A DNA stretch of 64,000 bases from Chrysomallon squamiferum (taxonomy: Eukaryota > Animalia > Mollusca): positions 12,958,001-13,022,000 of the forward strand of contig CM022673.1 in the NCBI GenBank assembly GCA_012295275.1. Direction: 5' to 3'. Below the pieces are notes generated by a model. It saw nothing but the letters and a program-made list of their open reading frames with translations. It searched no databases and was not told the DNA's origin. A program made the translations under genes and the position numbers. Positions 29,580-42,888 of the stretch are shown in pieces. The first letter of the stretch is position 1, and each line of letters starts with the position of its first letter.

Positions 29580-32500
29580 TGAGATATGGTCAAGGTATGA
29601 TAATAAAACTTCTTTAATTAAAAATTATTATTTATTACTGAACTAATCTCACCATAGATGTTTGTGATTTCAATTTAAACAACAGAAAATAGTCACACAT
29701 ATATTCTAAATTAATTCAATAAATTCAAATGTACTATTCTCTCATTTTCTCAGGGTTTTTTTATTAGATATTAAAAATATTCCATAACCACAAATATAAA
29801 TTTAAAAAAAAAGAAAAAGGTTTACACATTTATTTTGTTTTTATTGTCCACTAATTAAAGAAAAAATGAACTGCTACCATATTTTATCCTTTCAACGTTT
29901 TATAATTTCAGGAGGTAAAACTATTAAAAAAAATAATTAAAGTGTGTGTGTAACAATTAATAAAAATAATACAGAAACAATGAAAGCTATCAAAAACTGA
30001 AGAAGTAACTTTATTGTTTAAACACACTCCCAATCTTTTTGAAAACAAAATGCCATTGCATATGTCAGTTATTCACAGAACATATTAATGTACCAACTAT
30101 TATCGATGAAGCACAAATTCAGAATATATTTAAGTTCTAAGCAAATGCTGAATAAATTAAATTTATTCCTCTATGATTCCAAAACATAGGCAATTTATTT
30201 TTAACACTGAAATCATTGGTATAAATTGTGAGTTGTTTTTATATATTTTTAATAAATCAATAAAAACGAAACAATCATGAAACATAGTAAAATAATAAAT
30301 TAAAAATAAATACAATTTAATACAAACAATTGAATATTGTAGTTGCAAAATAAAGACAGTTTCCAGTGTTCAGTCTGTTAGCCGCTCAAAACTGCAAAAT
30401 CACAATAATTATAAAGTTTTCTGATATACATTTTAAGGAATTTATTGACCTATCTTTTTGCTTTACTATAATTTTCAAATATTATTTGGTGACAATAGTC
30501 AGATTATAATGCTTTAAGGTGGTAGCTACAATTTTTTAGATTTGTTTTTTGTAATTCTTTATAAACTTTCATAAACATTAATTCAGTTTTGTCAAGTCTT
30601 TGATTCACATATTACAGTATTAGATTTTAAACAAACAGTTTGAAGTTCAATAATTATTAGTTACTAATTAAATATTTAATACTGAGTTCTAAAGAATGTC
30701 TAAAACAGTCCAAACACCTACCTTTAATTTATCTCTCTAATGATCAAGGTAAAAAATAAAAAGTACCAAATTGTGGCCAAATTTTTGTAACAATTCCCCC
30801 TGGCTTCTTAATTTGTTACATCCTTTATTATTAGCAAAGGATGATGTTCAGTAAACCTTGCATATTCACAGACAAATTTGTAAATTATGATATTGCAGAT
30901 ATTTGTTAACAGTATCCAAGTTAAAAGAAACCAAAACGTCACTCATAAATGTAAAAAAATCATTAATGAATACTCTCAAGTATTTTCTAACAACATCTGT
31001 GCTAAAAAGCATCCATGGAATACCTCTGCATCTGCTGCCACCAGTTTCTTCCTCATTTCTTGTCGTGACATTTCCTCCTTGGCTTTCTTTATCAGCTGTT
31101 TTATTACGACAACATTCCTGTCATGTAAGGCCCGTAACTCCTGCTGTTTCTGTTTTATCTCGGCAAGAATTTCATCTTCAGGATCATCATCTGGCTGGTC
31201 CTCAGCATCTATTATACCTGAATGAATAATTGCTTTTTTTTGGGGGTTTTTTTTAATTGATAATGATTTTCATACAAAAGAATTTAATTTTTGGTATTAT
31301 GAAATTATAGAAAAGTTAATTGTAAACTTTAAGTAATCGGAAAGATCAGAGGATTAGGTTTTGGAAACATTTATTGTTTTTTAAATTCATGCATTTTAAA
31401 TAACATTTCATATTTATAGAAGATGGCTGATCTGTTAATTTCAAATGGAAAACATTTAAAGATTTAAACAAATAAAGAAACAAAGAAAGAATGAAATAAA
31501 CAAACAAACAAAAAAATAAATAAACAAATAAAGATTTTAATTGAAACTGAATTGGAATTAATTTGATCTCACTTTAATCCTTTCATATACACATTTCTGC
31601 ATTTTATGTTTGAACAGAGACTGCAAAATGTTCCATATACAAAAATTTTCTCAAATTCAAAATACAGAAATATTTGAAAATGTACTGAAATAATATTTAT
31701 AATTATGACAACACACCTTGTTCTTCCAATTCTTTCTTTATGCGTTTTTCCAAGGTGGATTGGGTTCCCAATATTCAGCTGCTTGGCCAGTGTGCGTGGG
31801 GATATGGCTGGAGCTTCATCAGCACTATCTGAAAAAATGTCTACACCAGAGTTCCATTATTATTTTACTTACATATGCAATCACTTTTTATTACTGACAA
31901 TTTACTGTACATTTATTATCCTAGTTTTAAAAGCCTTTACAAATAGACAATATAATTATTATTACTATTTTTTTATATATATATATATATAATAATGATA
32001 TGATATTAAATAAGTGTTTCTAAAACTGAGAAAAAGCTCCAGAGTTTGGTGATTTTTATTTTTATATAGTTGTAAGAGTTGCATAACATTTGATTGTTCA
32101 GGTAAAACAAAAAGCAGATTTGTTTAATACAATTTTGTATACTTTAAAAAAAAAGCAGACACAGACAGTTAATTATTAAGATTTAAAACAATCAGTAAAA
32201 TGCTTAAAACTTAGATCAACAAATATCTCTAGGTACCTTTTGCACCATTTTCGTTCATGGAATCGTCAATGTGTGTCATGATGTTCTCTTCTATTAATGC
32301 TGCGACCAGTCGCTGAGTCAGGGGCCCAAATGGGGAATCTTCCATACTTCTGAAAAACAAATATGAAAATAATGCCTCAGATTACTAAGAACTGAAAGAG
32401 AATGATTACAAATAAAAATATTTTTTAAAATGTTATTTTGAAGAAGCAAGGAGTTCTTTTGATGATAATAAATTATGTAAATCCATATATTTTAAACTGG

Positions 32501-35395
32501 AGCAAGAAAAACAGTAATAAAAACAATTAATGAAAATATTTATTAAAATATTTACAGTTTGATGAAAGTATGAATGTGATTGATTAACTGATTGCATATA
32601 TTCATAATGGAAACATATTAAACAGAATCAATAATACAAATAACAGAAATAAACATTATATATTGAAATGATTTTTCAATTTTACTTACATGGATTCAGC
32701 CTTCTTCAACAGAGTGGTAGCATCATGCATTCCCAGAGAAGAGTTACTGTGATTACTATTAGTATTTTTTCTTTTGTCATTTATTTTTGCACCTGTGGAA
32801 AAAAAAAAATTTCCAAATCAAAAACAACATTAAAATATTTTCTGTTACTGAACCTTTTTACTTTCATTTTCTGTTGATTGTAAAAAGGAAACAAAATTAG
32901 TTTTTAATTTGTATTAAATGACAATGTGAGAAAAATAAATAAATAAGAAGAAAATGGCAGCTCTATACCTCCTCCCACAAGACTCAAGGTCTTATATTAT
33001 GGTTATACTTTTTTATCATTAGGAAAGGTTGGTGTAATTAACATATTTATTAAAACTATTTAAAATGAATTCAAATATAACTTTAATTGTTATGAGAATG
33101 ACTATTGTCACATTAAATTATAATTCAGTCCTTATTATACGTAACATATATAGACTGTAGAATTTAAGTTACTGATTAAATAAAAAAATTTTTAATAAAA
33201 TGATTATCCTGATTCTTCTTCTTCTTCTTCATCAATGTTCAGACAGGGATAAATTGTACACATGAAAACCAAAACCAAAAATAATACAAAATGGAAAATG
33301 AAATACAAAAAATCTGATACCTTCTCTTTGCTCCTCCAACATATCTTCTTCTGCCCATTTCTCTGAGTAATGCTTTCCAAGAGGAGGTATTTTAAAGCTT
33401 TCGGAATCTTGTTCGTGTGACTTCAACAAGTCATCGAGAACTTTGAGGTCATCGTTGGTAATTTCTGCACAGTAAGGCTCAACTGAGCTCCAGAACCTGT
33501 TCACTGCATCGTTTTTAGGCAACTTAGGCAGTTCCACAGGAGAGTCAACAAAATCATAGTCGAGTACTTTGTTCTGTGGTAAATTGATATTTTAGAAAAA
33601 TCTTCAAAAAATTGATCAATATGGTAACTTTGTCAATTTTTTTGTTACTAACAACCAAGAGTAACTTAAACCACTGGCATTTCTGTCAGTGTATTTGTTC
33701 TTCTACACATTTTATGATTTTTATATAACAGATAATAAAAATAAATTTTGTAAAACATCAATCTTCTTTAAAACTGTTTTAAACATTAGCCCATATATGT
33801 TGTCAAGAACATCAAAAAATATTCAAGAATTTATTAGGCTTCATGTTAACATGATTACATCACAGATAGGCTGACATTCACCTGCATATTTTTGCTCTTG
33901 GCTCTGACAGGGGGTGGGGGAGTGAGCTGAGATGCTTTCCCACTGGAATCCTTCAGCTTTTTGTTTGGTTTATCGTCACCAGCACCTTTACCTCGCTTGC
34001 CAGGAAGTGGTTCAGAAGGCTACAAACAACATTTTAAAACATTTTTATTGAAATACTGTAGGTTAAAATTCACATATTTAAATGTATGTGTGTATGTCTG
34101 TGTGTGTGTGTGTGTTTGTTGGTGTAAACAAATATCTCTGTACAGGTCTACACCAGTATAGAGTCATACATTCAAATTTGTATTATATTCACACATACAT
34201 AAATTCAAATGCTTAAACATATATATATATATATGTGATTACATTGGATAAACATATATTACTGTATGATTGGATCACTTTGGGTTTTATAAATATTTTA
34301 AAAAAAAAAAAAAGTAGCAATTATAAATTATAGACTAAAACATTTATCAGAACCAGAACAGGCTGCAAAACACAACTAAAAGTTCATGATAAATTTTTGA
34401 AAAACTTCTTGTTATTAAAAAAAGTATACATTGTGTCAAAGACACTAACTGTGGCAACTCCTTTTTTGTCTTTCTTATCCTGCCAGTTGTTAAGTAGTTG
34501 AATTTCCCCCTCCAGCAGTTTCAGACGTTTTCCTGCGTTTGCGAGAAGTGTCTCTATATCAGTTTGTAGCTGGTTCATCTCATCTAGAGAACAAGACTCA
34601 TCTTCCGATCTTGACAGAACTGAAACAGAGTTAATATTTATTACATTATTCTATAAACAAAGTTAGTATTTATTACATTATTCTGTAAACAAAGTTAGTA
34701 TTTATTACACTATTTTGAAAACAGAGTTAATATTTATTACACTATTTTGTAAACAAAGTTAGTATTTATTACACTATTTTGTAAACAACATTAATATTTA
34801 TTACACTATTTTGTAAACAGAGTTAGTATTTCCTACATTATGCTGTAAACAAAGTTAGTATTTATTACATTATTCAGTAAAAAAAAGTTAGTATTAATTC
34901 ACTATTTTGTAAATAGAGATAGTATTTAATATGTTATTTTGTAAACAAAGTTAGTATTAATCACATTCACTTATGACAGAAATTAAAAGTTAGATTACAA
35001 TCAGTCATTATTTCTAAATGTGATTAATATCTTGGGAAAATATTTTTTAAAAGACTAGCATGAGCTAATGTCATTAAGACATTTGTTTCACTAATGATTT
35101 CAGTTATATTTTTAACTTGGGTTTTTTTAAATTACATTAATCTTTTTGCCCCCTCAGTTCTAATAAAATATATTTCAGATGTAATACCTGTATTAATGAT
35201 TTTTTTTATTTTATTTCTTTTAAGTTTAAAACTGAAAATTTTATTACCTATATTTTAAGTTATTAATTCTGTAAGAGTTTTGTTTATCTTACTTGACGTG
35301 TATTTTGGACATTCTTTCACGTGGTCGACAGGCAGAAGATCAGGAAACTGAAGAGGACAGTCCTTGTCCTGTACCACCTTCCCTTTACCTTTCAT
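29386..35395 (-). CDS. TADA3: Transcriptional adapter 3 (SAGA/ATAC subunit), 9 coding exons, about 437 aa after correcting a 1-nt excess in exon 31828-31717
   Basis: Exons 35395-35293, 34619-34450, 34019-33882, 33573-33321, 32792-32690, 32349-32237, 31828-31717, 31217-31024, 29514-29386. Hallmark motifs KDCPLQFPD, WQDKK, NRFWSSVEPYCA, KIPPLGKHYS, PFGPLTQRLVAALIEENI, EDEILAE and PTKKEKEAAWKA. The total is 1315 nt (3n+1). A 5'UTR exon is likely at about 36153-36230. Confidence 0.93.
34620..34965. repeat. 32-bp minisatellite (about 11 copies) at the 3' end of a TADA3 intron
   Basis: Unit approximately AAACAAAGTTAGTATTTATTACACTATTTTGT, abutting the acceptor of exon 34619-34450. Confidence 0.92.
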
Positions 35396-35716
35396 TATCT
35401 GGAACACAAAAATATCTTAATTATTTTATATATCATAATGATAAAATATCTGTTTTATTTTACATCAAAACTTTTTATTAACAACTGTTATCTGGTTGGT
35501 TTTTTGAGGTTGTTTTTTTTACAATTTTTGTTGTCATTGTTCAGTTTGTTGTTTTGTTTGTTTGTTTTCTTTCCTCATCATTGTCATTGTTGAATTTGAT
35601 ATCTTTAATATCATTTATAACCGTGGAAATAGTGATAATAAGAATACAGTTAATATTAATTGGAATACTTAATTATATGCAAAATGTTTATAATATCATA
35701 TGCTCTCTCTCTCTCT

Positions 35717-35756
<40 letters not shown>

Positions 35757-36152
35757 GTGACTTACAGTCATTAACTTCAATGATTAAATAATTAATACAT
35801 TTAACTGCATGCTTATCAACTTCTGTTTTAGCATCTATTGGATGATCTAATAATGGCGTGAAGAAAAATATCACATTCGATCAAACATCATTTAAAAAAA
35901 ATTATTTTCACATTTTAATGCATATTTCAATTAACATTTAATTAATTTTAAAAATTATTTATAACTGTTATCAATGAACGAATGATTATTTGCCATTTCA
36001 GTGTGTTTAAAGTTAAACAAAGATTATTTAAGTTAATTAAATTGAAGATGTTTTCAAACTTTTAGTAGGCACCTTGGAGTAAACTGCTGTGTTATGGAAT
36101 AATTATTAATTTAACTCAAGAAAGCTAAGTTATTTAAATTAAACATGTTTAC

Positions 36153-36309
36153 GACAAATATATTATATCTAATTTAGCCATCAAGATCTTCCTTTTCCAT
36201 GGACAGCGCCATTTTGATTTACCTTGCTGAAAGTAGCCAATTAAACATAGTGTTTCTGCGGTTAGAAACGATGCTCCAATGAAAGCCATGCTCTGAAAGT
36301 AAATAAGAA
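36153..36309. promoter_or_regulatory. Compact bidirectional TADA3/PIGV promoter
   Basis: YY1-type CAAAATGGCGC on the minus strand at about 36206-36216, CCAAT boxes near 36237 and 36276, TADA3 5'UTR donor at 36152-36151, and PIGV ATG at 36310. Confidence 0.65.
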
Positions 36310-39150
36310 ATGTCTGCAAAACTCGAGTGGGAGATTCAACTCTGTGCAATTTACAGTAGAATCGCTGTAATTCTTCTTCAGGTATATAGGTTGACCAATT
36401 TTCAGACTTACGAAATAACTGTAAATTAATATACATTTTAAAAATAAGAACCACAGGCGTATGTACAATTAATGTTGTATTAAAACACCGACACAGGTGC
36501 GATGGGTAACTCACTAACTCAACTGAGACCACTGCTAATGGATAATTATAATAATACTAATAGCAATTAAATAATTAACATTAATATGATTTAATAAAAA
36601 ATATCATTTACGTTGTCCGTCTTAAATCTAATGTTTCAATATCATAATTAATATTTAGTTAAAATCACCATAATGACTATTTCTATGTCGAAACATGTCG
36701 AAGGCGGGGGAGGGGGAAATGGCCTTTTCAATATAATTTATTATGTTAGAGTGCTAAATATTTTTGAAACTTAGAGCGTATTTTGCCTCCAAGTGACTTA
36801 TAACATGATTAAGAACATTATATAGATCTTTTATATTAAAATTGCTAAAAGTATGTGTCCATTGGCATTGGTAATATTTATTGTTGAAAAATAATAAAAT
36901 GAATGAAAGAACTTTGGCACCATCATTCTTTACCTACTATATTTTATACAAAGATAAAAATGTAGATGTTTTAATGAATTATATCAAAGTAAACAGTGTA
37001 CCTGATATATATGTCTCTGAAAATGGAATCAGTTACAGAGAGACAATAATTAAATGATTCCTTTTTCTTTCTTCATTTTTATTATTTATTTTAAATTTAT
37101 TCTAATAAACCTTTCATGTGTAAATAAGAAAGAGTTTTAAACACTTGTAAGTTATACAGAAGCTAAATTAGAAAAATAAAACATATATACATTTTTTTGA
37201 TAATGAATTATTTTCTTATATTGTTACTAATTTTGACTACTTATAGATTGTGTTCAATGCAGTCATTCCAGACCATGATGCCAGTGTGTTTAATCCACCT
37301 CCTGCTCCTAGAAATAAAACATCAGTCGACACTGCAGTGGAATTCCTTCTGGGAGGGTTCCGTCGTTGGGATGGAGTTTACTTCATTCACATTGCCGAGT
37401 ACGGTTACACCTATGAAAACACTGTAGCTTTTTTTCCTCTCTTCCCGTTGTTTGTTGGGAAAGTCACTGAAGCTGTTTCACTGTTTACAAATTCTTTTCT
37501 TTTAATGAGAAACGTTGCACTCGTACTCTCAGTGGTGTTAAACTTTGTTTTGTTTGTTAAAACAGCTAAAATTTTATACCATTTGGGTGTGTTTGTATTA
37601 ATTGATAAAAAACTGGCCTACAAGTCAGCCATGTTGTTTTGTATAAATCCAGCCAGTATATTTTTCACAGCAGCTTATTCAGAAACTATGTTTGCTTTTA
37701 TCTTGTTTTATGGAATGCTGTATGCTTCTAGAGGAAACCACCTTATCGCTTCAGTCTTCTTTGGACTGGCTTCTGCAGCAAGATCAAATGGAATTGTTGC
37801 CATTGGTTTCATTATTTATGGAACTGGAAAATTATTTCTACAAACCTTATATTTCACATATTTATGTAAATTACCACTGATTTCAAAAATTCTTCAAATA
37901 TTTATGACTGCTATTAAATATGTTATGTTAACTGTCTTGTACTTGTCATCAAGTCTTCTTCCATTTGCTCTATACCAGTACTATATATATGATATTTTCT
38001 GTGGAGGACAACCACAGTATTTACCTCTACATATTGTAGAATATGGACACTCAGAGAATTACACCATGGCAACCAGCAAACGCTCTGAATGGTGCAACCA
38101 TTATCTTCCATTATCATACAGCTACATACAGAGCAAACACTGGAATGTTGGATTTTTGCACTACTACAAAATTAAACAGATTCCTAACTTCATACTGGCT
38201 GCTCCAGTCATCTGTATCAGTATGTCTGCTTGTTTACATTACTACAGACAAAACAAGAAATTGTGTCACTGTCTGGGGATTTTATTTGTTGTTGATCACA
38301 AGAAGAATGATAACCACGACGAATGTATTGGTTTTGCTAGCAGCAGAATTTTTCCCTTTGTTGTTCATCTTCTGGCTCTCACAGTCTTTGGATGTTTCTT
38401 TATTCATATACAGGTCTGTATTGCCTTATGTTAAAAAATATAAATCTACACCTCAGTATTTTACTATAAAATACTGTTCAATTACTGGGATGTACATTTA
38501 GGTACATATCAAATATTATTTTAAGATAAATATTTTCCAATTAAATAGTTACCAATAAAAATAAAAAAATTATATGAAATACCTTATTTAAAATATAATA
38601 ATATTTTATGTTTTTTATTGTTGTATTTTTTCCTTCTTTATATTTTTGGAATTACAAAAAGTATTGATTTTAGAGAATAGTCTTATTCATTTTTGACAAC
38701 AGTATTTTCAGTAAAAATATATCTTGGACATCTATCATTAGCTCTGTATCAGACACCATTTTAACCAAACAGACTTCAGTTTTCAGAGCCAGATAGTGAC
38801 AGTTCTTCATTCAAAAGTATTATATCATTATTTTTTAATTTACATATTTTTATTTATTTGAAAACCAGGTTCTGACTCGACTGCTCTGCTCATCTTCTCC
38901 TGTTATTTACTGGTACACAGCCCACTGCATCAGAAAAAGCAAAGATTCCAAAACACAACATCCCAGACATGAAGAAAGAAAATTTGCAGCATCTAATCTC
39001 AATCCACATCATCACAAGACTAATGTTCTATTCGACGACTTGCTTTCCTGGAGGAATCTAGATTTTAATTCCAAGTTAATTTATACATATTTCTTGTCTT
39101 ACTTTGTGATTGGAACTGCAGCTTTTTCAAACTTTTTACCTTGGACATGA
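36310..39150 (+). CDS. PIGV: GPI mannosyltransferase 2 (PIG-V), 3 coding exons, 506 aa
   Basis: Exons 36310-36381, 37247-38413, 38869-39150 (1521 nt). Motifs IPDHDA, RWDGVYFIHIAEYGYTYENTVAFFPLFP, FCINPASIFFTAAYSE, ARSNG, YSYIQSKHWNVGFL...KQIPNFILAAP, HIQVLTR...SSSPVIYW and terminal NFLPWT*. Confidence 0.96.
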
Positions 39151-39770
39151 TTTGTCAGTTATATTGTTATCTTTTTGTAAGAATCAAACAGAAGCAATAT
39201 CAAAATGTCAGCAAAAATGATTCTAACAAAATGTGCAATAGAGGTGAAGATTTTTCTTAGCTGTAGATAATGGTTTTTACTGCTACTTTCATACTGCTTA
39301 AAAGTGCTAGATGATGTGTATGACTTAAACTTCATAAACTGATAAAATTATGTTTTACTAAATTTTATAACATTCTTTAATGTATATTGTTATGTATAAA
39401 CTTTACATATGATTCTACATAATGTAGTGAAATGTTAAAGTTTTCTTTAACTATTTTTCCAGTTAAAATAATAATTCTTTCATTGAAATTATTAATTTTT
39501 CAAGAACTGCTATAATAACAATAACAAAGTTTTTAAAATGTTTAAATCTTTAATATAAATTAAATAGATAATATCCCATAAATCCCATAACTAAAAATAA
39601 ATCTTGAAGCTAAAATTCACCTGAAATATAAATGGAAAAAAAAAAAAAAAAATCAGTTATTGTAGATTTTAAAAACATTTTTAAAAATATGTAGGTAACT
39701 AGTATTTAAAATATTAATAATAACATTGTCATTTTTATTGTTATTATTATTTAAACCTGTATTTTAGCAC

Positions 39771-39915
39771 TTTTCCTGGTATTGTTGTATATATTCAACA
39801 TAGAGAGTAATGAATAAAATCACAATTTTTTCAGTTTTATAAAATAGCTAATTTATTACAGTTGTTTTATTTTATTTTTAAAAACTATGAAAATTGGTCT
39901 TGATTGAAAGCTTAA
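39771..39915 (+). pseudogene. Inverted, decayed copy of the promoter and signal-peptide exon of CCC-His peptide gene B
   Basis: TTTCCTGGTATTGTTGTATATATTCA...TTTTATAAAATAGCTAATTT...AAAACTATGAAAATTGGTCTTGATTGAAAGC aligns with the reverse complement of about 44635-44770. The copy has a short deletion in the exon and has lost the GT donor. Confidence 0.6.
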
Positions 39916-40800
39916 ATTTTTTATGCATTTTCTTTTTTTTATTTTAATTTTGTTTATCTTTTTGTTTCTTTGTGTATTTATTTAGTAACTTTCAAACTAA
40001 TTTATTATTACCATTATTATTTATTATTGTTCTTATTGTTGTTTTTATTTGTGTTTTTGGGGGGGGTTTTTTACTTTTAAAATTAAAATTTCACAAGACA
40101 TTTTGAATAAATTTAGAACACTTTATCTTGTTAAAATTCATTGTATATCATTTATTAATATTTAAATAAACTTTTAAATTATTATTATAGTCTTCTTGTA
40201 TAATGTATTTAACTTTTTCATTTTAAGTGTGGAATGTTTTTTGGATGGTTATACACATTTTCACAATTTGGTATACACAGCAAAATGTCATCTTTATGCA
40301 CATTTCTGAACAACTTTCTTGAACAAAATTACCATCTTTTGCTAATTATAAAGTATAGCAATAAAATAAAAAAATTGTCAGAATATATGAAATCTGATAT
40401 TGCAGAACACTGTGACATGAATAATAAAAATGTAAAAATAAAATAAAATAATAAAATATTATTTAAAAAATAACATATTGTTATAGATTAATCAACCACA
40501 AAGTATTAGTATCCTCAGTCCATCAGGAATTTTTGTGCCTTTCTGTAAGACACGATACCAAAATGATAAAAATGTCAGCCTTTATGCATGCGTCGTTAAG
40601 AATATGTTATTTTATGGTAAATGTAAATAAATAAATAATCATTCAAAGCTACAAAAAAAAAAAAAAATAAATAAATAAATAAATAAAAATAATAAATAAA
40701 ATAAATAAATAAAAAATATTAATTTTGTTAATTCTTCTACAATGTTTTTTATATTTTTTTGTAAAAGTTACTTTTAAAAACATAATGTTATCTCTGTTCA

Positions 40801-41356
40801 TTACTTGGATCTAAGAATGAAAAACGCAGGAGGAGCCAGTCTGAACCCAAATCCAGAAGCTGCGTGATGATGATGATGATGATGATGATGATGGTGGTGG
40901 TGGGGATGACTGGATTTTTTTATCTTTACACTACTGTGATGGTGATGATGACAACAACATTTTGCGTTCACAACAGCAAGTAGACTGGCTGGAAAATAAG
41001 AAAGAAAAATTTTAAAGAAGTAAAATGAACGAGTACAATGAAAAATTGAACATTGTCTACACTGCATGGGTATCATATCTTTGTGAAAAGATAATTTTTT
41101 TTTTTTTTTTTTAATTTTTTTTAATTTGAAATAAATATGTTGTACAACATTAATTATTATTATTATTGTTGATTGTGGTGGTGTTGTTGTTGTTATTGCA
41201 GTTTATTATATGTTTTAATATGTGGGCTATTTATATTTTAATGTATATAACCACAAAATACAAAATATTTATCAGTTTATAACAATAATAATAATTAATT
41301 AATTGAGGGGGATTATTTTGCTTACCTATAATAATTAAAATAAATGTTGTCTTCAT
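40801..41356 (-). CDS. Secreted Cys3/poly-His peptide precursor A (72 aa)
   Basis: Exon 1 41356-41326 (donor G|GTAAGC) joins exon 2 40988-40801 (acceptor TTTTCCAG) to give MKTTFILIIIASLLAVVNA|KCCCHHHHHSSVKIKKSSHPH13AASGFGFRLAPPAFFILRSK*. TATAAA at 41430-41425. The structure is the same in two paralogs. Confidence 0.8.
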
Positions 41357-41938
41357 TTTCACTATCTGTTGATTATTATATTGTATAGATCAACCGAATA
41401 ATGACACAAAATTCAACCTTAGTCTTTATATGTACAGTTTCAGATAAGGAAATAAGACATTAAAAATCCTTTTTAGTGCCATAAGATTTGAAAAGACCCC
41501 CAGTTATTTTGGAAAACCTTTATATCCTTCTTAAAGTTTCAAAGATCTTTCGCCCGATTCACAAAGCCCGATGTATTAAAGTTCTTTGATATCGAAACTA
41601 TTTTAAAATATTTTATCTTTCTCTCTTTCTAGTCGTGATTAATTAATCATTACCGCGTTTAATCCTTTGAAGACTTAAACACCGTTTTAAAGTAAAGTTG
41701 AGACAAATAAAGGGTAAAAGAAATCACGTGACTTCAAAGGAGATAATGAAAAGGTGATTAAATGTCGTCTGCTTTGGTGTGTACGCAACCTCACAGCGGA
41801 GTGCGTTTTGTCGCGTTCGTACATTCACAAACCATTTAAATTATTTTCTTGGATGGATTTTGTTAAATAATACCTCTCCCGAAAATATGCTATGTTGCAA
41901 GTAATTTTTATTACGTTTTACGAATATATGTACATTTA

Positions 41939-41972
<34 letters not shown>

Positions 41973-42330
41973 CCTTTTATTTGCAATTTGTTGAATTTAT
42001 AAACATTTACAACAACATTTTGTTCAGCGGCTTGCGTATTTGCGCCATTCATTGGGAACTAATTTAAATTCGTAAGCTTTAAATTATCTGAAATTAAATT
42101 TGTTTATTTTGTTTTGTTTCTTTTCAAGAGAGTGCCTAAAATCGTTACGTGGCTTCATTCATATTTTAGCATTATAACAAACAGTAAATAAATTTAAACG
42201 TGTGTTGACACCAGTCGCATGATTTTATCATAACATCAGTGTGTATATGTATTTTTTTTTTAGAAAACCTCTAATCCAGAATATGAAACGTGAATCTGTT
42301 GCTGTCATACATTTTTTAAGTTAATTTCAT

Positions 42331-42335
<5 letters not shown>

Positions 42336-42394
<59 letters not shown>
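42336..42394. repeat. (GA)n microsatellite
   Basis: Seen directly. Confidence 0.95.
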
Positions 42395-42396
<2 letters not shown>

Positions 42397-42888
42397 AATC
42401 AAAGACATCAGTCATTATTCATAAATATTTATTTTTTGTTGGTAAATATATAATAAAAATATACATTTATCACTGATAATAATTACGTTTGAAAAAGATT
42501 AATGCTTCAGATGTAAACTAGAGCACTTATAAAATAGGAAATTACAATTAATTTCTCTCTGAAGAATGACGATCACAACACATGCACTCTTTTTGTATCT
42601 TTATTTTCATAATTTAACATATTTTTTTTTTAAATAAACTAAAATAATTCAAAAACATAGAACACTACAAAAAGCAGTGATAAAGTTCGTCAAATAAGAG
42701 TTATTCCCCTTGTTCTTCATTTATACTATATTGAACATCGAACCGATTGCATTAAAATTACGTATAAGATTATTATTAATATCACAGTTTCAAAAAAAAA
42801 GACAGTCAGATTTACTTCATTTCGTCGATAGTCATCATTTATCTGAAATCACAAAAATATTATTATATAGATATATTTAAATAATATA

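Noticed and set aside
31750-31770. Programmed ribosomal frameshift in TADA3
   Set aside because: I see no recognised slippery site or stimulatory structure and know of no precedent; an assembly error or allele is more parsimonious.
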